A stretch of 64,000 nucleotides of DNA from a virus: positions 15,562 to 79,561 of the IMG/VR virus record IMGVR_UViG_3300025127_000020; one strand, given 5' to 3'. A model generated the notes under the pieces. That model worked only from the letters and a program-made list of their open reading frames with translations, was not told the origin of the DNA and searched no databases. Shown here one piece after another: positions 1-8,661 of this stretch (position 1 is its first letter; each line of letters starts with the position of its first letter). A program made the translations under genes and the position numbers.

Positions 1-1134
1 CTCCAAAGTCTTGATTGACCAACTGATGTTTCTATAGGTAGATCGTTCTTCGCTTTCAGCTTGAGCATTCACCCTTCTGTTTATCTCAAGAACCTCTTTG
101 AGAACCGCTGCGTCGTCTTCCGTGTCTGACAAATAATCATTTAGATACTCTTTTATCAAACGCTCTTGAACTGCCACATCTCGTAGGTTGAATTTTTCAA
201 AGTCCTCTGCTAAGTTGACCTTGGCACGAGAACCTGTAGCTCTGTTCAAGAAAGTAACAGATTCAGGTCTGAACTTTGTCTTGGCAACGTCAATAGCTTT
301 GCGAACCTTTTCCACTGGAATGGCATGGTTCGTTACGATTCTGAGCCTGGCACCCTGTGGCGGGTTAGCGTTTCTTGGCAAGCGACCAGTCTTTGTAAGT
401 TCCACTGTTACAAATGGTCTTGGATTCTTCAAGACGTGATGACGAACATCGAAAGTGTCTTTGTCGTCAATGTCCCAAATCAAAAAACCTTTATCGTTAG
501 TTTCGCCGTGATTCTGTTGAACAGTTGAACCACAATAACGAACTCGACCTTCAGTGTCTAAAATCTGGTTTGTTTTATGAATGTCTCCAAGAAAAGCAAA
601 GTCGTGACCCTCAAAGATTCCGACATCATCTTCACCATGGTCCATTACCCAGCCGATGTCTGTCTGAACTCCAGAGATCGCTCCATGATAAAGTGCTATG
701 TTTATTGATGTCTCATTAGATGGAGAAACCCAATTATCTCTGTCAAAAACAGAGAGAACATTAAAAGTCAGACCCTTCTCTGGAGAAAACTCACCTGAGT
801 TCTTCAAATAGTGAATAGTCTTTTTATCCAACGCATTGATGATTGGTGTAAGAGCATCCTGCCTGCTACTATTCTTTAGATTGCCATCGTGATTGCCTGC
901 GATAAGAACCAGGGGTGCAATGTCAGATAAATTATCAAAAAAGTTTGCAGCCATCTCAAAAAACTCTGGTGATAGCTGAGTCTTCGTGTGTGCAACATCT
1001 CCGCAGTGAACAATGTAGTCTGGTTTCTCCTCACGAAGAATAGTATACATCTGTTCAAACACTGCACGATAGTCGTCGTGATACTTTAAGTTTCTAATGT
1101 GTGTGTCGCTTATGTGAGCAAGTCTAAAACCCAT
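1..1134 (-). CDS. Mre11/SbcD-type metallophosphoesterase nuclease (T4 gp47-like), probably fused to a Rad50/SbcC ATPase; 3' end beyond the window
   Basis: Not in the ORF track. Hand translation from ATG 1134 is open for 378 codons to the edge: MGFRLAHISDTHIRN...HCGDVAHTK...AGNHDG...ALYHG...FLGDIHK...RYCGS, ending ...YRNISWSIKTLE. Confidence 0.9.
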   Translation of the reverse strand, partial: MGFRLAHISDTHIRNLKYHDDYRAVFEQMYTILREEKPDYIVHCGDVAHTKTQLSPEFFEMAANFFDNLSDIAPLVLIAGNHDGNLKNSSRQDALTPIINALDKKTIHYLKNSGEFSPEKGLTFNVLSVFDRDNWVSPSNETSINIALYHGAISGVQTDIGWVMDHGEDDVGIFEGHDFAFLGDIHKTNQILDTEGRVRYCGSTVQQNHGETNDKGFLIWDIDDKDTFDVRHHVLKNPRPFVTVELTKTGRLPRNANPPQGARLRIVTNHAIPVEKVRKAIDVAKTKFRPESVTFLNRATGSRAKVNLAEDFEKFNLRDVAVQERLIKEYLNDYLSDTEDDAAVLKEVLEINRRVNAQAESEERSTYRNISWSIKTLE

Positions 1135-1143
1135 TCATCTCTC

Positions 1144-2079
1144 CTAGATACTAAAAATTGCTTGTTCCAAAAATGACTCTGGTGTCATAAGTTTGGCGTT
1201 GGCTTTTCTTTTCTCAAATTCTCTTCTTGTCATCTCACCTACATCATCGTAAGGTGCTATGTCTATCTTATAGACTTCTATATCAAATGTCAACATTTTT
1301 TTTATTAAACGCATAGCCTTTGTTTCAACGTCTGGATCTAAGGCTATGTAAACTGGTGTGTCGTGTTCGACCACCTTCTTTATTAGTTTTGAATCTTCCT
1401 TTAGGGACGAGCCAAGAATAGGAACTGCATTGCCTGCAACGATGGCGTCAAATGCTCCTTCAACTATCGTCAAGTCAGAATCAAAGTCTACATAGAGTTC
1501 GTTGAAAACAATGTCTCTGCTTGCAGGAGGATTCTTGTATTTCATCCAGTCATTGCCGTAAGTTCTGGCAACAAAGTAGTTTACATCCCCGTCTTCGTTG
1601 AACGATGGAATAATTATTCTCTCCTTATAATCCCCTGATGGACAATAGCCAATCTTCCACTTCAAGATGTCATCGTTGGAAACACCTCTACTGTAAAGAA
1701 ATTTAAGAATAGGCTTTGTAGCCAAAGAAAGGTTCTTGGAGCACAAAGTCTTGAACTCCTCTGGCAAATCTACTCTCTGCTCTATCTTTTCTTCTATGGG
1801 TTGTTCCGTTGAGAAAATTTCCTCAAATGAAGAAATCTCCACTGAATCATCAAACTTCTTCCACTCTTGCTGATCTCTAAATGAGCCGTGCCTCTTTATA
1901 AGACGACGAACACTGTTTCCCCTATAAAAACAGACCCAACACTGAAACTTGTTTTTGTCAAGATTTACAGATAGTTTCTTCTTGTGGTGATTACACTTTG
2001 GACAAAAGAATAAAATCTCGTCGCCTGTGTGATAGTGTGCTCCAAGAACTTTCTTAAGGATTGCTACTTTGCTTGACAA
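1144..2079 (-). CDS. DnaG-type DNA primase (Zn finger + TOPRIM)
   Basis: CPKCNHH...CWVC zinc finger, RIIIP, KYKNP, IVEGAFDA and ALDPD TOPRIM motifs; TTG start. Confidence 0.9.
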   Translation of the reverse strand: MSSKVAILKKVLGAHYHTGDEILFFCPKCNHHKKKLSVNLDKNKFQCWVCFYRGNSVRRLIKRHGSFRDQQEWKKFDDSVEISSFEEIFSTEQPIEEKIEQRVDLPEEFKTLCSKNLSLATKPILKFLYSRGVSNDDILKWKIGYCPSGDYKERIIIPSFNEDGDVNYFVARTYGNDWMKYKNPPASRDIVFNELYVDFDSDLTIVEGAFDAIVAGNAVPILGSSLKEDSKLIKKVVEHDTPVYIALDPDVETKAMRLIKKMLTFDIEVYKIDIAPYDDVGEMTRREFEKRKANAKLMTPESFLEQAIFSI

Positions 2080-2107
2080 TTATAAAACCTTATTATTATT
2101 TTTTTAC

Positions 2108-2136
2108 ACTATAACAAAGAAGAAATAGAAAGTCAA
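2108..2136 (-). promoter_or_regulatory. sigma70-type promoter upstream of primase
   Basis: Minus strand reads TTGACT-N17-TATAGT. Confidence 0.75.
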
Positions 2137-2648
2137 GAGTTTTTTTGATAAAAACCTGCCTTTGCAATTACCCAACTATCTGCCTTGTCAAAAGAGTTGG
2201 GTTTTGGATTTCCATGCTTAGTGTATTCTACCATAAACTTTGGCTCGTTGTCAAGCACAAATTGTAAAACAACTGGTTTGGCTTTCTCTCCTTTTGGAAC
2301 TTTGATTCCGCAGAGTTTTCTTGCAGATGTTGCTGCAATGTAGGTAGGTTCTTTGTGCCACAAAGAATAGCACATCCAACTTACAACTCCGTTGAACCTT
2401 GATAGAGTCGATAAAGTCTTTGCAGATGAGAATCCTGAACGGAAAGACTGAAGTGATTGTTCTATTACAATCTGGTCTACTGAGTGTTTCCTAGAAAGAT
2501 CTTTTAGAAAAGATTTAATAGCTTCAGCTTTTTGAAAGAAATTCTTATTCTTCCTTGTGTCAACTGAAGAAATAAAAATAACTTCTCCTTCTTTATCTAG
2601 TAATGTTATGCCTGTGATGCTAGTTGAGATGTCTAATCCTAAAATCAT
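2133..2648 (-). CDS. RuvC-like Holliday junction resolvase
   Basis: MILGLDISTSITG, IVIEQ and DKADSWVIA RNase H-fold catalytic pattern. Confidence 0.85.
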   Translation of the reverse strand: MILGLDISTSITGITLLDKEGEVIFISSVDTRKNKNFFQKAEAIKSFLKDLSRKHSVDQIVIEQSLQSFRSGFSSAKTLSTLSRFNGVVSWMCYSLWHKEPTYIAATSARKLCGIKVPKGEKAKPVVLQFVLDNEPKFMVEYTKHGNPKPNSFDKADSWVIAKAGFYQKNS

Positions 2649-3880
2649 TAAAAGTCCAATTTCATTTTAAATGTGTAAGCTCTTGATTCTGTCTTCTTTA
2701 CAGGAGTGGCGAGTTTTGCAACTGCAATTAAATTTTTGTGTTCATCGTAAATGCCGATCTTTGAAATGTAAGTAACCTTTTCAAAAGAACCTGAAGTATT
2801 TGGGTAGAAAGATTTAACGACATTCGCAATCTCTTTCTCTTTATTTTGATCAAACTTTTTATTTTCTTGCTCGAAAGCGCAATTTCCAAGCTCTGTAGAT
2901 GCGTCCTGTTGTCCAAACTTTATAAAAGTAGGATTGTTTGAATGATTTAGCTCGCCCTCTGGAGCATGAGCTAACATTGTCATAACTGGAACATAATTAG
3001 TTCCTTTACACTCTAACGACCAGGATGAGGATGGACAAAATGATGCTGGAGTGGATGGTGAGGCAAAATCCTTGTTTCCCCAGAACAACCATTTGGGAGC
3101 GACATTAACTGTGTCTTCTATGAATTCGTCAGTGTAAGTGTCTATGATATCCCATGAGCCTGTTATGGACACAAAACCTTCATTATAGAGAACAACGCCT
3201 GCCACCTTGCCAGCGTTTGCATCATTTGGTAAAGTTTGAATTAACTCTCCGTTCCTTTTCTTGTCTTCCAGAGTGCCAATTAAAGATCCAGTCACATAAA
3301 AATTCATCTTGACAGTGCCCTTCTTAATTGAAGATCCATAGAAAATAGCAGGAACGGAAACAAGTTTAACAGCCTGTGTAGACTTATCCCATGTTCCCGT
3401 AGCGTTCTCAGAACTATAAGCGTAGTGCGGGCTGTGACCTTTATAAAAATTAAAAACATTTTTTAATGCTTTTACTTTTCTACGAACAGAATCTGAAGCT
3501 GGAAAATATTCCGTTACGATAGAAGATGAAAGTGGATAAGACCCACTCATCTTGTCTCCAAAACCGAAAGTGTGAAAAGTCTCTGTTGAAACAGTCTTGA
3601 AAGATGTGAGGCTTCCCTGCTTTGTGATGAACGGATAGATTAAGCTAGGATTATCGTTTTCTGGGTCATGTGTTGACTCGTCTCTATTGACATTCATCTC
3701 ATAAAGACTTATGTTGCCTTGAGGAACGTGAGTGACAGTCTTCGTTGCGCCGTGGGTGTTTTGGGCAAGAATCTCTTTATTATAAAAAGTTTTTGTGTCA
3801 GCTATTAAAAAATGAATTCTAGGGTGCGTCTTCAACCTGTTGTTGAAAATGTCATTCTGCTCAAACTTATAAAAAGACAT
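2648..3880 (-). CDS. Virion structural protein (baseplate/tail-collar-like), paralog of 3900..5123
   Basis: C-terminus TYISKIGIYDEHKNLIAVAKLATPVKK...FKMKLDF is shared with the neighbour, as are the SIKKG and GVVLYNEG segments. Confidence 0.6.
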   Translation of the reverse strand: MSFYKFEQNDIFNNRLKTHPRIHFLIADTKTFYNKEILAQNTHGATKTVTHVPQGNISLYEMNVNRDESTHDPENDNPSLIYPFITKQGSLTSFKTVSTETFHTFGFGDKMSGSYPLSSSIVTEYFPASDSVRRKVKALKNVFNFYKGHSPHYAYSSENATGTWDKSTQAVKLVSVPAIFYGSSIKKGTVKMNFYVTGSLIGTLEDKKRNGELIQTLPNDANAGKVAGVVLYNEGFVSITGSWDIIDTYTDEFIEDTVNVAPKWLFWGNKDFASPSTPASFCPSSSWSLECKGTNYVPVMTMLAHAPEGELNHSNNPTFIKFGQQDASTELGNCAFEQENKKFDQNKEKEIANVVKSFYPNTSGSFEKVTYISKIGIYDEHKNLIAVAKLATPVKKTESRAYTFKMKLDF

Positions 3881-3899
3881 CTAGGCATCCTCGCACAAA

Positions 3900-5123
3900 T
3901 TAATAATCAAGGCGAACACGAAGCGTAATGTCGTTTGTTGGATCCTTACGAAGTGGTTCTGATAATTTAGCTACTGCTAAAAGTTCATTTTCTGAAGAGT
4001 AGAGACCAACAGTCGTGATGTATGAAACAGGTGCGTCTGTAGATTTATTCTTCACAACAACCTTGCTGTTAGAAAGGTAAGTTGGGTTTGAACTATAGTT
4101 GAAGTCGTTATGATTGACTCTACAAAAGTAAATCGTTGAATTTAGTTCAGTTGTGTTGTTAAAGCAGACTTTCAACATTCTTTGTCGAAGTGCATTTGAA
4201 AGTTTATCCATGTTCTTTGAAGCATGGTTCATTAGCTGCAAAACGTTGTGGTTATCAGTGTCCATGTTACAATTGGCAGAAGCAAGAATTCCCTTCGAAT
4301 TTGTGGTAGCGTCATAAGCCATGAAAACTTCTGGAGACAAGGCAACAATGCCTGCCTGATAATAAATCAAACCAACATAAGGAATTTTTGCGGGGGTACT
4401 ATCCCAGTAGGTGTTCAATCCGTTGGTGCCGACAGACCCGCCTGATGCTGTAACCCTTAAAAGACCGAACTCACCTGCTGGAGAGTTTACTTTATAATTC
4501 GTTGCTGCACCTTCGTCTTTTATTGTAATTGTAGAAGTGTGCTGGTCGGTGCCACTTGATGGATTTGCTTCATTGAAGCCGCTACCCGTTCCCAAATGTA
4601 ACTCAAATGACCCTTTCTTAATCTCGTCTTTTCCTAACAATCTAGCAAAATTGATAAACATAAGAGCATTATAGTTCAGTTCGTCACCTGAATCTGACAG
4701 ATCGCCATCGATGTCAAATTTTCGAATCGAACCATCGACATTGTGACCAACTAAAACTTGTGCCATTTGGTTATAAATGTTTTTTCTTTTATTAACAAAA
4801 GGATGAGAATTGATTGTTCCTAAAGATGTTACCTGATCGTAAGCTGCGCCATCAGATTTTGTTCCAGTCACACCCTTTGTAGCGAAGTCTGCATGGTGAC
4901 CATGCGTAAGGTCAAAAATGTGATTTGCAGATGAACTCTGATAAGGGTAGTCATAAACTGACTGAAACATCCCGTGCGAATAAGTCTTCACATGTGATGT
5001 TGCTGCCGTTGGCTCATCATAGGAGCCTGAGATAATTGATCCTGTGATTGGAATCGATTCGTGAAGTAACGTTCTTGTGCTTGTTACATCATCGTTAATA
5101 AATGTCTTAAATGTACTTGCCAT
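3900..5123 (-). CDS. Virion structural protein (baseplate/tail-collar-like)
   Basis: C-terminus SYITTVGLYSSENELLAVAKLSEPLRK...LRVRLDY; EIKKG and GLIYYQAG; GAGG-type RBS upstream. Confidence 0.6.
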   Translation of the reverse strand: MASTFKTFINDDVTSTRTLLHESIPITGSIISGSYDEPTAATSHVKTYSHGMFQSVYDYPYQSSSANHIFDLTHGHHADFATKGVTGTKSDGAAYDQVTSLGTINSHPFVNKRKNIYNQMAQVLVGHNVDGSIRKFDIDGDLSDSGDELNYNALMFINFARLLGKDEIKKGSFELHLGTGSGFNEANPSSGTDQHTSTITIKDEGAATNYKVNSPAGEFGLLRVTASGGSVGTNGLNTYWDSTPAKIPYVGLIYYQAGIVALSPEVFMAYDATTNSKGILASANCNMDTDNHNVLQLMNHASKNMDKLSNALRQRMLKVCFNNTTELNSTIYFCRVNHNDFNYSSNPTYLSNSKVVVKNKSTDAPVSYITTVGLYSSENELLAVAKLSEPLRKDPTNDITLRVRLDY

Positions 5124-5137
5124 TATTTTTTATCCTC

Positions 5138-6076
5138 TTAAACTGTCTTCATGAACCTAACTGGAATGTCAATGCTTCTACCAGTTGTTGCCCCTGTTAC
5201 CTTGACAATCGAATCTATGAACTTGTAAGTTTCAGCAACACCATCGCCTTTAGCATCGAAGGTTTTTGAACTTCCAAGTTCATCAAACAAAAATTCAGAA
5301 GAGTTAAGATCTAGGGATGCAATAATCTTAAATTGTAGCATTGTTCCTACTGGACCTCGAATTGCATTGGTTTCGTTGAGCGAATCTGGTATGTCCATTT
5401 GTTGAATAAATTGAGAATCCGTGTTACTTGAAAGGTAATAGCTTGCAATGTTGTCGTCATCTTTAAATGAAATTGTCGCTTGTTGTGGCTTGGGTGAAGC
5501 TGAAACAATTCTACCAAAGCGATCATCAATTTGAATTATATATTGTGTTTCTATAAGATCTGTTTGCAAAGGTCTTTTAAATGAAATCTCTGTTGTGTCT
5601 AGCCCTTGGTCAACTCTAATGCTGCCACCTCTCGTGCCCTCGTGACCATCCATGTGTCCCTGTTGCTGACAAAGATTATCGAGCGTGTCTTTATCTACAG
5701 AAACGATAAATGATCCGCTTGCCAAGGCAGAATTGTTATTTCTTGCGTTGCCTGCTCTTCCAGTGCTCGCACCTTCGTTTAGTTTTAGAACTGGGAGAAA
5801 TAAAAGATTGGTCTGAGGAATAGACACTAGTCTATGCTTCATTAAAGAAGTATTATTAGTAAAAGCCTCTAACACTGGTGTCTGCATGATTTCTAAATCA
5901 TAGTATGCTGAGCCACTGGGGTGAGATTTATTATAAAGATTATAATCAATCTCATCATCGGCAAGTGCAAACTTAACAACTTTGAAAGTTCCATCACCCT
6001 TTGCCAATCTCATTCTTCCAGTGTCAGTTAAAACTGCGTCAAGAATGATATCACCTGAATTATCTAAAAATGCCAT
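5138..6076 (-). CDS. Virion structural protein (tail-collar-like N-terminus)
   Basis: N-terminus DIILDAVLTDTGRMRLAKG...KFALADDEIDY; GGAGG RBS and late motif upstream. Confidence 0.6.
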   Translation of the reverse strand: MAFLDNSGDIILDAVLTDTGRMRLAKGDGTFKVVKFALADDEIDYNLYNKSHPSGSAYYDLEIMQTPVLEAFTNNTSLMKHRLVSIPQTNLLFLPVLKLNEGASTGRAGNARNNNSALASGSFIVSVDKDTLDNLCQQQGHMDGHEGTRGGSIRVDQGLDTTEISFKRPLQTDLIETQYIIQIDDRFGRIVSASPKPQQATISFKDDDNIASYYLSSNTDSQFIQQMDIPDSLNETNAIRGPVGTMLQFKIIASLDLNSSEFLFDELGSSKTFDAKGDGVAETYKFIDSIVKVTGATTGRSIDIPVRFMKTV

Positions 6077-6097
6077 TTTATTCTATCCTCCGCATTA

Positions 6098-6105
6098 TAA
6101 TTAGT
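6098..6105 (-). promoter_or_regulatory. Putative late promoter motif (ACTAATTA)
   Basis: About 21 nt upstream of ATG 6076; one of 11 copies. Confidence 0.65.
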
Positions 6106-6147
6106 TTTTATTATAGAAATAACGCCTCAATCATAAAAAAATTATCT

Positions 6148-8607
6148 TTACTGCCGTGTTGGTAATTTCTCGTGATCGAAAGTAAAATTAAAATCAACTT
6201 TTTTTCCTGATGATTTGGAAGTTAACCTAACTTTAAAATTTTGACCCCAAATTTTTGCTTGACCTTGCTGACCCAAATAAATGTTTTGGAGTTCGCTGCC
6301 TATTATGGTAGATTTCCGTAAATCACCTAAGCCACTTCGCTCCTCATCGATCTCAGTTTGTAAAACAGCGGGTTTTATGTGAATTAGTCTTTTAACAGGT
6401 TTTGTAGGATGCTTTGGTTCAGGATCATTAAACTCAACTGTTCTTATCAAAGGGTAGACGGCACCTGAATCAGAAACTAATTCTACCTCGTAGACAAAAG
6501 ATGGATAAGAATAGTGATCGTGAATGTCTATTGATTTGAAGCAGTAATAATATTTTTTATTCGGTTTAATTTTATCGTCTAGTGCAACAGATGGATATCG
6601 ACCTGTGGAAATTTCTCTTATTAAAGATGATTGAAAATCTTGATAATTTTTTGGTTTAGATTCCATTCTATAAACTATGAAACTGCGAGCGGCGTCATCT
6701 GATTCAAATCTTACCTTTTCATCTTCTTCGATGTCTTGTGCGATTCTAAGTTTTTCTATCTCTTCTCCCTCTTCTTGTTCTATAGAAATTGGATGAAAAT
6801 CATAACTACCAACACCAGATGTTAAGAATATTCTAATTTTATCTTGAACACCTCTGAAAGGGATGATTTCTACTTCAGGAGCAACAGGTGGGTTATCCAT
6901 AATAATAACATGTTTCTGAAAAATTTCAACTTCCATGAGCATCATAGTTGGAACAGATTTCACCACTACAGAGCCGACAACACCTGACGATGGAGGTGTT
7001 TGGATTACAGGACCAATTTCTTTAATATCAATTTTATAACGACTACCAATGATCAAATTATAAGAATAAATTTTGTAAGTGTAAGATTTTCCGTATTTAA
7101 CTTGAGAATCAATAAACATTACTCGTTTTGCCTCTTCAATGTTAGAAAAGTAGAAAGATTGAACTGGTTGTAGGTTTAGATTATCTTGTTGTTCAGAACC
7201 AACATGTTTATCTACTTTGTAGAAAACAATTTCATTATAACACTTTGTTCCAGCTAGAATGTCTGAATAATTTCTTACTTTCTCCTGCTTAAGTTTATCA
7301 AACCTTCCTTTGGAAATTAATTCCATTAAGTTGTAAAAGAATTCGGACTGTTCGTCTCTAACCGCTGCTTCACCTTGGTTCATAACAATCATGTTTGCAA
7401 TCTGACTTCTTCTTGTTTCTTTAAAATTTTGGATCCAGTTATCAAAATCGAAAAGTCTTTTTGTTCCAAAAGCAACCTCAGTGTTATAGCCAGAACTGAT
7501 TTTTGCGAATTTATCTTTATAACGAGGTAAAGTTTGACCTTCAAAGGTTTCCATCGTCGCCAAAGAATTATCGTTCGTTGCTTTAATAACATCTTGCTGA
7601 AGTTCTGAGATTAATTCTACTTCCGAAAGAAATGAGGCAACTACACTATTTGATGTGGTCTTAAATTCTAAATCAACAAACATGGGAAAAATCTGTTTAT
7701 TTTTATTTTTAGACTCAAAAAGAGAAACGTCTTTGTGAGAAAAGATAACATTTTTAAATTTACTTATCTGTGATTGATAAGAGTCGCTTTCAGACCACTC
7801 GAAAGCCTCTAGAACCCATTTATTAAAATATTGACCTACTGGTCTTATTCTCTGCTCCTTTTTTGAATCCAAACCTCTACTGTAGAAAATTCCATTTACT
7901 GAACGTTGGTTAATTCTTCCATCTAAAGTCAAGATCCTTCTAAGGTCAGTTCTCTCAAATGTGTTCTGTGATTCATAAAAGGCATAAAAATTTGGCAATG
8001 CCTCTTCACTAAACCTTCCATGATGAGTTTCATAGTTTTCTTGATAATAATTGTAATCTGACTTTATTTTCGCATAAAGATGAGGACTAAGCGAACTTTC
8101 TGTTATCTCCTTTTCTTCCACTAAAGTGTCGAACACACAACAATGATCAGAAAATACTTGTTTCGAAAAATCACCCTCCATCAATCTTAAGATTTTTTCT
8201 ACATTAGAAGGGTCTTCTTCCATAAAGTAAAAGTGCTCTTCTATCGAAAGATTACCGTTTGTGTCTATGGTTTCTTTAGATAATTCTCTGTCTTTTAAAA
8301 ATTCAACAAATGTTCCAGAACCTTCAGTGTTTATTGGATAATAAATGTGACCAGCGAGGTCGAGCTTAGTTGTCCAAAATGCTCCAGATAGTTCACGAAT
8401 CGGGTCTTTAACAACCTCAGTTTGATTAATGTTTTGTGCGTTATCTTTTTCAACAACAAAAAGAGGAAAGCCAAAGTTTGTTTCTTCGAGCGTGTTTGTT
8501 GATGCTCGAAGTTCATCTCTTTCTATTTTTCTAGAGTTTGAGGGATCTCTCCTTTCCCTAATTCTTCTAACTCTTTCAATTTTTTCTATAACTTCAACTG
8601 GTCGCAT
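6148..8607 (-). CDS. Large hypothetical virion protein with FN3-like C-terminal beta domains
   Basis: 819 aa; FIDSQVKYGKSYTYKIYSY and DDKIKPNKKYYYCFKSID resemble FN3 end strands. Confidence 0.55.
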   Translation of the reverse strand: MRPVEVIEKIERVRRIRERRDPSNSRKIERDELRASTNTLEETNFGFPLFVVEKDNAQNINQTEVVKDPIRELSGAFWTTKLDLAGHIYYPINTEGSGTFVEFLKDRELSKETIDTNGNLSIEEHFYFMEEDPSNVEKILRLMEGDFSKQVFSDHCCVFDTLVEEKEITESSLSPHLYAKIKSDYNYYQENYETHHGRFSEEALPNFYAFYESQNTFERTDLRRILTLDGRINQRSVNGIFYSRGLDSKKEQRIRPVGQYFNKWVLEAFEWSESDSYQSQISKFKNVIFSHKDVSLFESKNKNKQIFPMFVDLEFKTTSNSVVASFLSEVELISELQQDVIKATNDNSLATMETFEGQTLPRYKDKFAKISSGYNTEVAFGTKRLFDFDNWIQNFKETRRSQIANMIVMNQGEAAVRDEQSEFFYNLMELISKGRFDKLKQEKVRNYSDILAGTKCYNEIVFYKVDKHVGSEQQDNLNLQPVQSFYFSNIEEAKRVMFIDSQVKYGKSYTYKIYSYNLIIGSRYKIDIKEIGPVIQTPPSSGVVGSVVVKSVPTMMLMEVEIFQKHVIIMDNPPVAPEVEIIPFRGVQDKIRIFLTSGVGSYDFHPISIEQEEGEEIEKLRIAQDIEEDEKVRFESDDAARSFIVYRMESKPKNYQDFQSSLIREISTGRYPSVALDDKIKPNKKYYYCFKSIDIHDHYSYPSFVYEVELVSDSGAVYPLIRTVEFNDPEPKHPTKPVKRLIHIKPAVLQTEIDEERSGLGDLRKSTIIGSELQNIYLGQQGQAKIWGQNFKVRLTSKSSGKKVDFNFTFDHEKLPTRQ

Positions 8608-8628
8608 GTAATAACCTCTCTTACAACA

Positions 8629-8636
8629 TAAATAGA
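8629..8636 (-). promoter_or_regulatory. Putative late promoter motif (TCTATTTA)
   Basis: About 21 nt upstream of ATG 8607. Confidence 0.6.
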
Positions 8637-8661
8637 ATTAACTTAATAATTGCTATCAGAA

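Noticed and set aside
188-1067. Short ORFs 188..439, 325..528, 525..719 (+) and 876..1067 (-)
   Set aside because: They are shadows of the real minus-strand Mre11-like ORF at 1..1134.
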